From a bacterium (GTDB taxonomy: Bacteria > Patescibacteriota > Patescibacteriia > Veblenbacterales > UBA10138): a DNA stretch of 64,000 bases. Below are positions 55,455-64,000 of the stretch, piece after piece. The notes under the pieces were generated by a model. That model was not told the origin of the DNA and did not search any database. It was given only the letters and a program-made list of their open reading frames with translations. The stretch is from NCBI GenBank assembly GCA_020057885.1, contig JAGVEX010000019.1:8165-72164 (forward strand), written 5' to 3'. Position numbers and translations under genes: made by a program. Numbering within the stretch: the first letter of the stretch is position 1; every line of letters begins with the position of its first letter.

Positions 55455-56720
55455 ATGACGCGGGTTAATCATACTAAAGTAGCTATTATTGGCGGCGGTG
55501 CGGCCGGGTTGATGGCGGCCGCGGCTCTTCACGAAACCAGTCACCAACCAAAAATTATTATTATAGAAAAAAATGATTCACTGGGAAAGAAAGTAATAAT
55601 CTCTGGCGGCGGGAGGTGCAACCTAACCACTGGTCTGCAAAATATAAAAATCATTTTAGACAAATATCCTCGGGGCGGCAAATTTCTCTCCTCGGCTATG
55701 CGGCAATTTCCTCCCGTAGAAGTTTTTAAATGGTTTGAAGCACACGGAGTACCACTTAAAATTGAAACTGATCAACGAGTTTTCCCTCAATCTAATAATG
55801 GGCATGATGTAGTGCAAATTTTTAAAAAAATTTTCCAAAATTCCTCCATTCAAACACTTATAAAAACTAAGCTCATAAACGTTAAAAAGCACTCCTCGGG
55901 ATTTGAATTAATTTTAGCAGGAAAAGCCGAGCCGCTAATTGTTAATAAATTAGTACTAACCACTGGCGGACAAGCCTATCGTCAAACTGGTTCCACTGGC
56001 GATGGTTACGCTTTCGCTGTATCACTTGGACACTCATTAACAAAACTAGCGCCTAGTTTAAGTGCTTTAGCAACCAAAGAATCTTGGCCTAAAAATATTG
56101 CTGGATTATCTTTTGCCAATACAAAACTGGCGGTTAAAAGTAAAACGGCCCCAACTGCTAATGGACCGATTCTTTTTACACACCAAGGTATCAGCGGTCC
56201 AGCAGTGTTTGCCTTATCGTCATTAATGGCTTATGAAAAATTTAGCCCGGAAAAACCTCTATCAATTGTGATTGATTTATTTCCGGACGAATCAGCTAAC
56301 AATCTATGTGATTCGCTCAAAAAAAATATTATTGTCAATTTAAAAAAAGACTGGCTTAACATTCTATCGATTTTAATACCAAGGTCATTTGCGCAAATCA
56401 TAAATCAAGAATTATCTTTAACTGGCTCCAAACATGCCGGAGAAATGGGTAAAAAAGATCTGATGAAAACTGCTGCTTGGTTAAAAAATATTCCTCTCAA
56501 TATTGTCGCACGAGGGGGTGGAGATGAATTTGTAACCGCTGGCGGCATTAATTTAAAAGAAGTAAATCCTGCTACTATGGAATCAAAAATCTGTCCGGGG
56601 CTTTATCTTGCCGGAGAAATTTTAGATATAGATGGTTTTACCGGCGGTTTTAATCTGCAGTCTGCTTGGGCTACTGGACACCTGGCCGGAATAAGTATTG
56701 CTAAAATCAATCAATCCTAA
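55455..56720 (+). CDS. HI0933/BaiN-like NAD(FAD)-utilising dehydrogenase family flavoprotein. The start was chosen at the internal Met preceding the dinucleotide-binding motif.
   Basis: The dinucleotide-binding segment reads VAIIGGGAAGLMAAA, followed by the family-specific IISGGGRCNLT. Confidence 0.8.
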   Translation: MTRVNHTKVAIIGGGAAGLMAAAALHETSHQPKIIIIEKNDSLGKKVIISGGGRCNLTTGLQNIKIILDKYPRGGKFLSSAMRQFPPVEVFKWFEAHGVPLKIETDQRVFPQSNNGHDVVQIFKKIFQNSSIQTLIKTKLINVKKHSSGFELILAGKAEPLIVNKLVLTTGGQAYRQTGSTGDGYAFAVSLGHSLTKLAPSLSALATKESWPKNIAGLSFANTKLAVKSKTAPTANGPILFTHQGISGPAVFALSSLMAYEKFSPEKPLSIVIDLFPDESANNLCDSLKKNIIVNLKKDWLNILSILIPRSFAQIINQELSLTGSKHAGEMGKKDLMKTAAWLKNIPLNIVARGGGDEFVTAGGINLKEVNPATMESKICPGLYLAGEILDIDGFTGGFNLQSAWATGHLAGISIAKINQS

Positions 56721-56941
56721 AAAATATCTAAATACTCTCTTAGTTTATTAATAATGAATGATGGGCGTTTTTTGGCAATGGCAAACTCTAATATATTTTC
56801 CACCAATTTATAAATTTGTTCATGATCATGCTTCCCAGTAGTTTTCCATAAAATGGCTAAAAATTCTTCCACATCCATCTCGCTCATCCAGCCTAATACT
56901 AAATTTTTATCCACAGTCTTATTTTCCAACATAGTAGTCAA
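56717..56941 (-). CDS. Hypothetical small protein (74 aa).
   Basis: Support is the ORF only. A perfect hairpin terminator (CCACCCTCATGGGGTGG) lies at 56990-57006. Confidence 0.3.
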   Translation of the reverse strand: MTTMLENKTVDKNLVLGWMSEMDVEEFLAILWKTTGKHDHEQIYKLVENILEFAIAKKRPSFIINKLREYLDIF

Positions 56942-57014
56942 ACTAGTTTCTAGAGAATTAAATTTACCATATTTGGCCTTATGGATAACAAAAAACCACC
57001 CTCATGGGGTGGTC

Positions 57015-57641
57015 CTAAAATTTTGGTACCCCGCAATTTTGCAAATCTTTAAATGTTAATAATTGATTTACTTTTGCTCGTTCGTTCATTATAGTGCATG
57101 GCAGTATGAGCGGTTCCGGTTTTCTACCAGCTATAAAATCTGCAGTAGTAAGGCCGCTCCTATATTCAAAATGGGAAATATCACCTTCGTCGCTTGGCTC
57201 AAGTCCACAAAATGTAGCAATTTTTCCAAGCTTTTTCCAATCAATATTATATTCATGCCAACGATCAACCACATCTACTGCGAAGCCATAATTATGAATA
57301 CTCTTTCCTCCTGGTGCTTCGGTGACTATATGCCCATTTATTGTTCGTCCTTGGTTATATAATTGATCTTGCTCTTCTACCGTACGGAATCCAGATGAAA
57401 TACGTAATGTATACCCATAAATCGTCGCTGTAGCGATAAAACATTCATTAACCTGGGTCAAAAAATTTTGGTCAATATCTGTAGGCATCGGAACTGATTG
57501 AACAATAATTGGTAATTCAAAAATAGGCGGAGCTTTTGATTGTACTTTATTTAGTAAAAATAAAAATCCACCACTCATAAAGAGGAAAGCGATGACGGTT
57601 ATTAAAATACGAAACCCACTTGTCTTGCTTTTCAGAATCAT
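57015..57641 (-). CDS. Peptidase M15 family (D-Ala-D-Ala carboxypeptidase/VanY-like) with an N-terminal membrane anchor.
   Basis: SGFRTVEEQDQLYNQGR...IHNYGFAVDV matches the M15 zinc-binding and catalytic motifs. Confidence 0.7.
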   Translation of the reverse strand: MILKSKTSGFRILITVIAFLFMSGGFLFLLNKVQSKAPPIFELPIIVQSVPMPTDIDQNFLTQVNECFIATATIYGYTLRISSGFRTVEEQDQLYNQGRTINGHIVTEAPGGKSIHNYGFAVDVVDRWHEYNIDWKKLGKIATFCGLEPSDEGDISHFEYRSGLTTADFIAGRKPEPLILPCTIMNERAKVNQLLTFKDLQNCGVPKF

Positions 57642-57809
57642 TTTTTAATCTTAATAAAAAATTATTTTATAAACAAATTTTTATTTTCTATATACTATGA
57701 TACGAATTAAATACTGAAATTGGTGCACTAACAAAATGTGTATATTTACATTCCAGATTTTAGCAGAAAAAACGGCCAAACAATTTATGCATATTTTTGG
57801 CACTTTCAA

Positions 57810-58493
57810 TTAAGTGATATTTTTTTCGCGATAAGCTTTGGTGTATTCGTAAATTGTAGACCAGAAAGCGCCGGCAAAAAATGCAACCCCTATTTCTTCT
57901 AAAGGAACGCCTAAAACCAAAATGCCCCAGGTATTTTTTAAATTATAAAAATTTTCCACCAAACCTTTGAATATCAAATTTATCAATACAAATACTACAA
58001 AATATAGAGAGCTAAAAATAAAAGCACTGGCAAATATTTGCTTCCACAAATCTCTACGAAAATAGGCTGTAATAATGTCTCCAACTGCACCAACAATCAT
58101 CAAATTATAAACAGCTTTTAGTGGAAACAAAATTGACATAGCCACATAAGCAAGGGGAATAAAAAAGATCAACCAAAAATGAGAGCGGCCGCCATGAGCT
58201 AATTTCACCAATTTCTCTTTTCGTAAAAATTCGTAGATAACCGAAGCAATGCCAGTCATAACGAAAAGAAAAATAAAACTTTCTATACCTACGCCGTATT
58301 TCTTTATAAGGCCAAAAAGTGAATCGGGATTCCAATAGGCTGGTACAAGAAAAAAATCAATGAAACCAAAAGGTATTCCACAACAACTCGCCCAAAGCAT
58401 TTCCCGTCGCAAATCCTTTCGTCTCAGGAATATGAATAACCAAAAAAGGAAAAGAATTAAACAACCGGTAATGTACGCGTATTTATAAGACAT
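57810..58493 (-). CDS. Polytopic membrane protein of unknown function (about 7 TM helices).
   Basis: The whole 227-aa sequence is hydrophobic. No motif was confidently recognised. Confidence 0.45.
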   Translation of the reverse strand: MSYKYAYITGCLILFLFWLFIFLRRKDLRREMLWASCCGIPFGFIDFFLVPAYWNPDSLFGLIKKYGVGIESFIFLFVMTGIASVIYEFLRKEKLVKLAHGGRSHFWLIFFIPLAYVAMSILFPLKAVYNLMIVGAVGDIITAYFRRDLWKQIFASAFIFSSLYFVVFVLINLIFKGLVENFYNLKNTWGILVLGVPLEEIGVAFFAGAFWSTIYEYTKAYREKNIT

Positions 58494-58633
58494 TTAATTT
58501 TACTGGCCGAGAGTAGATAATACTAAAACCTATCTTCAAAATAACTCCTAATTCGAAAATGGAAGCAATGGGAGGGCATAATCTGCCTTACCTCTAAAAC
58601 CGCCTGGGTGAAGAAAAAAGAATTTTTTAAAAT

Positions 58634-59413
58634 CTATTTTTTAACTAAACCATCAAGTGCCCTCAATGCCTCAACTGGTATCATATAAACAACGGTGTTG
58701 GAAGCATCCGAAGACATATCGTTTATTGATTGAAGAGTTCTAAGATGAAGTGCTCCTGGTGTAGAAGAAAGCATTGCTGCGGCTTTTGCCATATTTGAAG
58801 ATGCCGCAAGTTCGCCTTCTGAATTTATAATTACAGCCCTTTTCTCTCTTTCTGCCTCTGCTTGTTTACCAATTGTTCTTTCCATCTCAGCTGGCAAACT
58901 AACATCTTTTAATTCAACATTATTAACTTTCAAACCCCAAGCATCGGTTTCTTTATCAACAATCTCTCTTATTCTATCTGCAATCTTATCTCTACTTGAG
59001 AGTAATTCATCAAGAGTAACTTCGCCAACTATATTTCTCATTGTTGTTTGAGCATATTGAGAAATTGCATATCGAAAATCTTCTACCTCAATAATAGCTT
59101 TGGGCGCATCACTAACCTTATAATAAATAACGGCATTAACTTTTACAGAAACATTATCTCTTGTAATTGCATTTTGGTCGGGCACATCGACTGCTTTTAC
59201 CCTTACATCTACTTTCTGATAACTTTGAATAATAGGTAAAACAATCCTCCAACCTGGTTCCATAACAGAAGTGAATTTACCAAATGTAAACTTTATGCCT
59301 TTTTCATATTGGTTAATTTGACGAATACTTATGATTACTAAAAATAAAACTAAAATAGGAATATACCACATACAATTTAATAATTTAATAATAATATATC
59401 TTAATAACCTCAT
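58634..59413 (-). CDS. SPFH/Band-7 (stomatin/HflKC-like) membrane protein.
   Basis: An N-terminal TM segment precedes the SPFH core ...VDVPDQNAITRDNVSVKVNAVIYYKV... and a coiled-coil tail EAEREKRAVII. Confidence 0.85.
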   Translation of the reverse strand: MRLLRYIIIKLLNCMWYIPILVLFLVIISIRQINQYEKGIKFTFGKFTSVMEPGWRIVLPIIQSYQKVDVRVKAVDVPDQNAITRDNVSVKVNAVIYYKVSDAPKAIIEVEDFRYAISQYAQTTMRNIVGEVTLDELLSSRDKIADRIREIVDKETDAWGLKVNNVELKDVSLPAEMERTIGKQAEAEREKRAVIINSEGELAASSNMAKAAAMLSSTPGALHLRTLQSINDMSSDASNTVVYMIPVEALRALDGLVKK

Positions 59414-59580
59414 TTTACCACCCTGGACTTAAAAAGACAAAAATCTTTGACGGAAGAAAAAGCCATGATTAATATAAAAAACACCCAATAAAATTAGGTG
59501 TTTCTGAAATGGCTCCACATCGCGCCTGCCTACGGCTCGATTGAGCTCGTCGAAATCCGGTAGGCAGGTTAAAACCTATC

Positions 59581-59784
59581 TTAGTTAGAAGTTTTCTTCT
59601 TGCTCTTTATTATACCTACAATTCCAGCAATACCCGCCAGAAGCCCAAGCCCTTGAGCTCCCGGGCTATCATCAAATTCACCATATACAAACATAAATGC
59701 CCCAAATAATATTGCCAGAACGGAATATAATATTCTAATTTTGTTCATATAAAAATCATACCACAACCGTGTAGAGGTGGGCAA
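59581..59784 (-). CDS. Small two-TM hypothetical membrane protein (67 aa).
   Basis: Support is the ORF plus hydrophobic segments. It is followed on the minus strand by two hairpins. Confidence 0.35.
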   Translation of the reverse strand: MPTSTRLWYDFYMNKIRILYSVLAILFGAFMFVYGEFDDSPGAQGLGLLAGIAGIVGIIKSKKKTSN

Positions 59785-60011
59785 AAAATTGGTTCTGCAT
59801 TGTGGACGGTGTTAGAACAAAGATTATGGAAACTGGAATGGTTTATATGCCAAATTTATGACCTTATGGGGCGGCGCATATTTATTTAATAACCACCCTG
59901 CTTTACACAATAGTCGACTTCTATTTTATTTTGCGCAACTAATATTTACTCTTTGCTTGGATCTTTATCTACCCCGAAGAGGTGGCCAAAAACATCATTA
60001 TTAACTAATTG

Positions 60012-60641
60012 CTATAATTTTACTTCTTCGTCGTCCCCTATAAAGATACAAGAATTATCTTTAATGAAAAAAGCTTGGTTATCTCTTAATACTCTAAGTG
60101 GATATTTTAATGTCTTTACTTTTTCTAAGACTTTTTCTTTTAAATCATCTGTATAATGAGACTTTATTAAAAAAGGAACGTATCCAAGTGCGGTAAAGTT
60201 AGTAACCCCATGCTTATTTCTTGTAGTTTTCCATCCACCAACTTCAATTGTTGGACACATTATAGATGAACCTGAACTACAGCCAACATAACATAAACCA
60301 TTGTTTAATAGATCTTTCAAAACTTTATCAAAACCACTTTCGTAAATAGATTTCAATAAATAAAAAGGATTTCCTCCAGAAACTTGGACTACATTTTTAT
60401 CTGCAAAAAACTCTCGTATTTCTTTTTCAGTCTTGTCCTTAATGTTAAACTCCCTGAAATAAATACCCTCCTCAACCATCTCTTTTTCATATTCTTTCAT
60501 ATAAGCTAAATACTCTAAATCCTCAACTACTTTCAAGGCAGTAGTTATGTAGCCAATTCTTAATTTATCTTTTGGTATATCCAATAAACTATATCCTTTT
60601 TGAATTAAAAACTTTTCTTTTGATACTAAAAGTAATTTCAT
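60012..60641 (-). CDS. Peptidase E-like (S51 family) protein.
   Basis: VSGGNPFYLL plus VGCSSGSSIM (nucleophile-elbow Ser) and a downstream His are consistent with S51. Confidence 0.65.
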   Translation of the reverse strand: MKLLLVSKEKFLIQKGYSLLDIPKDKLRIGYITTALKVVEDLEYLAYMKEYEKEMVEEGIYFREFNIKDKTEKEIREFFADKNVVQVSGGNPFYLLKSIYESGFDKVLKDLLNNGLCYVGCSSGSSIMCPTIEVGGWKTTRNKHGVTNFTALGYVPFLIKSHYTDDLKEKVLEKVKTLKYPLRVLRDNQAFFIKDNSCIFIGDDEEVKL

Positions 60642-60700
60642 ATACTGTGATTATATCATAAAAAGTGCTAAGCCCTATTTAGGTGAGGCTATGTATACTA

Positions 60701-61198
60701 TTATGACGCTTCTACATTTCCAGCGTTTGGGTTTGGATTATTTGGATCTGGACAATCGCCATCGAGATTAACTTGCGCATTGCAATAGGTTCCATCTATT
60801 CTTTTGCACATTGGGGTAGCTGTTCCTACACCCTCTACTTGTCCACCGGTAATCGCGCAATAAATTTCCGCATCATTATCGTAACCGGTTATTTTTAAAC
60901 CACCCTCTGGACACTGGCCACGGAAAAACGTCCATTCTTCACACTGTCGATTATCTTCAAACAAGCAGACTCCATATTCCCCTATTTTGTTTTTTCTAAT
61001 TTCAAGCCTTCCACCTTTGTTTATACAATTCTGCGATGCTGGATTAGCCACCATAACTTTTGAACCAGTATTGTCTAAACTTATAAGACTTATTTGCTTT
61101 TGTAAAAAAGTGGCACAACCGGCAGCTATTAATAAAACAAAGACTATTGCTATAACTGTGATAAATGATGAGGTAAAAAGATATTTTCTTAATTCCAT
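60701..61198 (-). CDS. Secreted DUF333-domain (putative hemolysin-like) protein with two Cys-rich repeats.
   Basis: A signal or TM segment precedes NPASQNCINKGG.L......G..GVCLFEDNRQCEEWTFFRGQCP, and a second similar module follows. Confidence 0.6.
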   Translation of the reverse strand: MELRKYLFTSSFITVIAIVFVLLIAAGCATFLQKQISLISLDNTGSKVMVANPASQNCINKGGRLEIRKNKIGEYGVCLFEDNRQCEEWTFFRGQCPEGGLKITGYDNDAEIYCAITGGQVEGVGTATPMCKRIDGTYCNAQVNLDGDCPDPNNPNPNAGNVEAS

Positions 61199-61438
61199 AT
61201 ATTTTTTATTTAATAATTATCTAAATTAATTATACCCCTTACTATAATCAAAAACCACCCTCATCAAGATACTCTATTTCTAACTCTACATTGGGGTATA
61301 CAAAAAACACCCAATAAAATTAGGTGTTTTAAATATCCCTGGGGATGGGGCTCCTACTCGCTCCGCGTCGTAGACGACATTAGAGCCTATTGGTTGTATG
61401 TAGCGCGGGATAGTACTTTGAAATCACTTTTATATCTC

Positions 61439-61777
61439 CTAAGCCGCCAGGAGTACCCCGCTTGCATACAACACGAAATCAATAGGATCAAAAACACGTG
61501 CAAGAGCATAAATACCGAAATACTGTAGTATCTCGGATGTTGATACAAGCAAAAATACAGCGAGTGCTTTATTGTGCCACAGCCGTAAAAACGAGAAACT
61601 GTCTTCAATCAGGATAAGAAGAAAATAATAACCAAACGGCACGGCAATATCGGCAAAGTAGCTATAAAAGAACCGATGAGCACTCTCTCTTGCCCAGTCT
61701 GCGCCTATGAAAAAAAATAGAGCGATAAAGAGCTCTATCCCAATAACGATAGTTATCTTTTTTTGTCGTTTTTCCAT
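61439..61777 (-). CDS. Small multi-TM membrane protein (VanZ/DUF2809-like).
   Basis: Support is the ORF with 3-4 hydrophobic helices. The family call is tentative. Confidence 0.4.
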   Translation of the reverse strand: MEKRQKKITIVIGIELFIALFFFIGADWARESAHRFFYSYFADIAVPFGYYFLLILIEDSFSFLRLWHNKALAVFLLVSTSEILQYFGIYALARVFDPIDFVLYASGVLLAA

Positions 61778-61834
61778 AATTAAATTTTACCAAAAAAATC
61801 TAGAATTTTATAATACTCACACAATGCACTCTTT

Positions 61835-62578
61835 TTAATAAATAACCAACGCCCTATTATCAAGTACCGTCCAATTAGTCAAGAATTTTTCAGCGCTAAA
61901 TCTTATTTCACCATAGACTGGATCTAAAAGAATTATTAATTTTGGATTATCTGAAATACCAGTATAGCCAATTAGAGTTCGCGCGTGTTCATCCATTTTA
62001 GCATTAATAACTTTTCCCTCAGAAGTTTTCCAAGAAATACCTTCTCCTCTACCACTTACTCCCCAAACCACAACTGGATTACCATTTATTAATTCATGGA
62101 TTAAATCATTAATCGTAGCATTATTAATAATTTTGGCATCTCTATATTTTAAAGCAAGATCATAAAGTGGTTGTTCATAAACGCCATAACCAGTATTCGG
62201 CATTATGCCATTGATATTGCCGACAAAACCAAGATTTGGATCGCCCCAAATATTATCTTGATTACGATGGCCGGAATCAGAAATTGGCAACTGTTGAATT
62301 AATTGGTTTTCAGTAACATCTACTCCTCTATATTTTAATGCCATTAATAAAGAAGCTATTTCGCAAGAAAGTGTATGTTCTTGTCTATGAAAAGGAACAG
62401 CCAATCTAATGGCTGGTTTGATTGGTAAAATGCCAGTAATTTGAAAATAAATTCTTTTAACAAGATTTTCCTTACCCTTTACATCTGGCAATGTCAACTC
62501 AAAAACAATCCAACCAATAAAAAGAATGGCTACAAAAGAAATACAAAAGAAAATAATTTTTTTCTTTCTTATAATCAC
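61835..62578 (-). CDS. Membrane-anchored peptidase C39-like (papain-fold) domain protein.
   Basis: The N-terminal TM segment is followed by ...HRQEHTLSCEIASLLMALKYRGVDV... (Cys box of Peptidase_C39_2-like domains), with His further downstream. Confidence 0.55.
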   Translation of the reverse strand: MIIRKKKIIFFCISFVAILFIGWIVFELTLPDVKGKENLVKRIYFQITGILPIKPAIRLAVPFHRQEHTLSCEIASLLMALKYRGVDVTENQLIQQLPISDSGHRNQDNIWGDPNLGFVGNINGIMPNTGYGVYEQPLYDLALKYRDAKIINNATINDLIHELINGNPVVVWGVSGRGEGISWKTSEGKVINAKMDEHARTLIGYTGISDNPKLIILLDPVYGEIRFSAEKFLTNWTVLDNRALVIY

Positions 62579-62773
62579 ATTAATATTATAACATGATTTT
62601 TATAAAAATAATACTAAAAAGAACCTCACAATATGGCTCTCTTTATACTGACCAGACATCACATTGACGAACTTTTGAAATTAAATCAGATAATTTTCAA
62701 AAATAGTAAAATAAAAAATCCCCAAATTACTGGGGATTACTTAAAACCTTCTGCGGTTATAAAAAAGACTGAT

Positions 62774-62838
<65 letters not shown>

Positions 62839-62848
<10 letters not shown>

Positions 62849-63099
62849 ATATACGGAATCAATTTATATTTTTTAATAAACCTTCTGCCAGCAGCACTCT
62901 TTAAATATTTCTCCCTTTTACGAGCCTCCATTAGATTATTATATTCCTCTTGATAGATAATAATCCAAGGACGATATCTCTTAGTATAAACTGATTTTCC
63001 ACTATAATTATGCTCATACAATCTCCGCTTTATGTCAACCGTACTACCCACATATGTCTTATGATATTTGGTACTAATAATAATATAAACGTGCGGCAT
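62839..63099 (-). CDS. GIY-YIG nuclease-domain protein (86 aa). Its stop overlaps the 5' end of tRNA-Asn.
   Basis: MPHVYIIISTKYHKTYVGSTVDIKRRLYEHN carries the GIY..YIG motif and the conserved R and E residues. Confidence 0.8.
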
Positions 63100-63109
63100 A
63101 ATATTATGT

Positions 63110-63170
63110 AACTGAGCTACCTGCCTCGCGTCGACGAACTCCGCGAGTCGAGGCGGGCCCCGGAATATTA
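63110..63170 (-). repeat. Duplicated 5' fragment of tRNA-Asn (acceptor and D-arm, plus 4 nt of upstream flank) interrupted by a 36-nt GC-rich hairpin. It lies 11 nt upstream of the GIY-YIG start.
   Basis: The minus strand reads ATATTCCGGGG[CCCGCCTCGACTCGCGGAGTTCGTCGACGCGAGGCA]GGTAGCTCAGTT. The intact tRNA reads ATATTCCGGGGTAGCTCAGTGG. Confidence 0.6.
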
Positions 63171-63246
63171 ATGTACTTTTTACAAAAGGCGCTTCACCTT
63201 GAAACGCCTTAGTATACTAAACTATCTTTTCCTTTATGACAAGCCC

Positions 63247-64000
63247 CTAAGCTTTGTCCAAAAAGTCAGCCCAGCGTTGAGCCTTACGCTCCTTCCACGC
63301 GCCGCTATGGTACGCGTGTGCGGCTATTAAAGGAAGTACCAAAGTGGCCTCGGCATAAACCATTTGTTCATAATTAGTCTCTACCTTACCCCAAGAGCTG
63401 GCCTCCTTAAGAGTGGAACTGGAACAGGCTCCATCGCGCACGTCAGCCACTGTAATTTGCACAGCGTATTTGTGCATAGGAACGTCTTTGCCCAAAACTT
63501 CAGCCGCTACCACTGTATCCTGAATAAAATTCTTAGGCACACCTCCACCCACCATCAAAAGTCCTGAGGTAGGCGCGGACATTTTGATTTTGGTTAATTC
63601 CAAAAAATCTTTTACCGAATCAATGGATAAATGTTTCTCAGGATTATGGTATTGGTGATACACCAAACCAAAACCAGCACTAGAATCAGAAAAAGCTGGA
63701 CAAAAAATAGGCATGCCTTCTTCGTAAGCCACCTGCACTAACGACTCTTGTTTTTTAGCGCCGCCCTCTTTTAAAAACTTACCCATCTCGCGAATAAACT
63801 CACGTGAGGAATATGGCCGCGGCTCCAATTTGTCGGCCAATTTAGCAATTATTGTATCACACTCTTTTAGTTGATCTTCATCAATAAAAGTATCATAAAT
63901 TCTGTCCACATGCAGATCGCGAAGTTGGTTATCATCCACAAACGGGGTACCGCGATAGTGTTTAAAACCCAAAGCTTCAAAAAAATCCATATCCACAATC
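63247..64000 (-). CDS. Deoxyhypusine synthase-like (DHS family) protein, 5'-partial. The N-terminus probably lies beyond the window end.
   Basis: GLLMVGGGVPKNFIQD and ...KEASSWGKVE resemble the DHS GGG..KHH and DEAVSWGKI motifs. A hairpin terminator lies at 63185-63215. Confidence 0.6.
   Translation of the reverse strand, partial: IVDMDFFEALGFKHYRGTPFVDDNQLRDLHVDRIYDTFIDEDQLKECDTIIAKLADKLEPRPYSSREFIREMGKFLKEGGAKKQESLVQVAYEEGMPIFCPAFSDSSAGFGLVYHQYHNPEKHLSIDSVKDFLELTKIKMSAPTSGLLMVGGGVPKNFIQDTVVAAEVLGKDVPMHKYAVQITVADVRDGACSSSTLKEASSWGKVETNYEQMVYAEATLVLPLIAAHAYHSGAWKERKAQRWADFLDKA

Noticed and set aside
61387-61608. 73-aa minus-strand ORF overlapping the 3' part of the 61439..61777 gene.
   Set aside because: It overlaps the longer membrane-protein ORF in a different frame and extends into a structured intergenic region.

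Overview
This 64-kb window looks like a small, low-GC, gene-dense bacterial genome with mostly housekeeping genes. Overall composition (giant surface proteins, a short Rel, leaderless promoters, a B12-dependent RNR, a deoxyhypusine-synthase-like gene) suggests a Patescibacteria/CPR-like organism, but that is inference only. Recognisable genes include ftsA, ftsZ, ybeY, dgkA, rpsU-yqeY, hisS, lepB, der, pth, mfd, dprA, topA, rel, parAB, cspA, kup, rlmN, six tRNAs and a probable RNase P RNA. Three things stand out. (1) A B12 module: DUF4430, a polytopic membrane protein, a PduO-type adenosyltransferase, class II RNR nrdJ and nrdR, with tandem NrdR boxes inside the nrdR promoter. (2) Two giant extracellular proteins of 3650 aa and 1840 aa. 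The larger has a VirB2/TrbC-pilin-like N-terminal hairpin and dozens of InlB-B-repeat-like modules, and is followed by two membrane-anchored proteins with thrombospondin-type-3 Ca-binding repeats. This three-gene surface module is the best candidate for an undescribed system. (3) A GIY-YIG nuclease gene flanked by a complete tRNA-Asn and a duplicated 5' fragment of that tRNA carrying a 36-nt hairpin insert. Several AT-rich islets also look foreign: a PIN-domain gene, a GNAT-like gene, and two small ORFs between mfd and dprA. No CRISPR array, rRNA or obvious prophage was seen.
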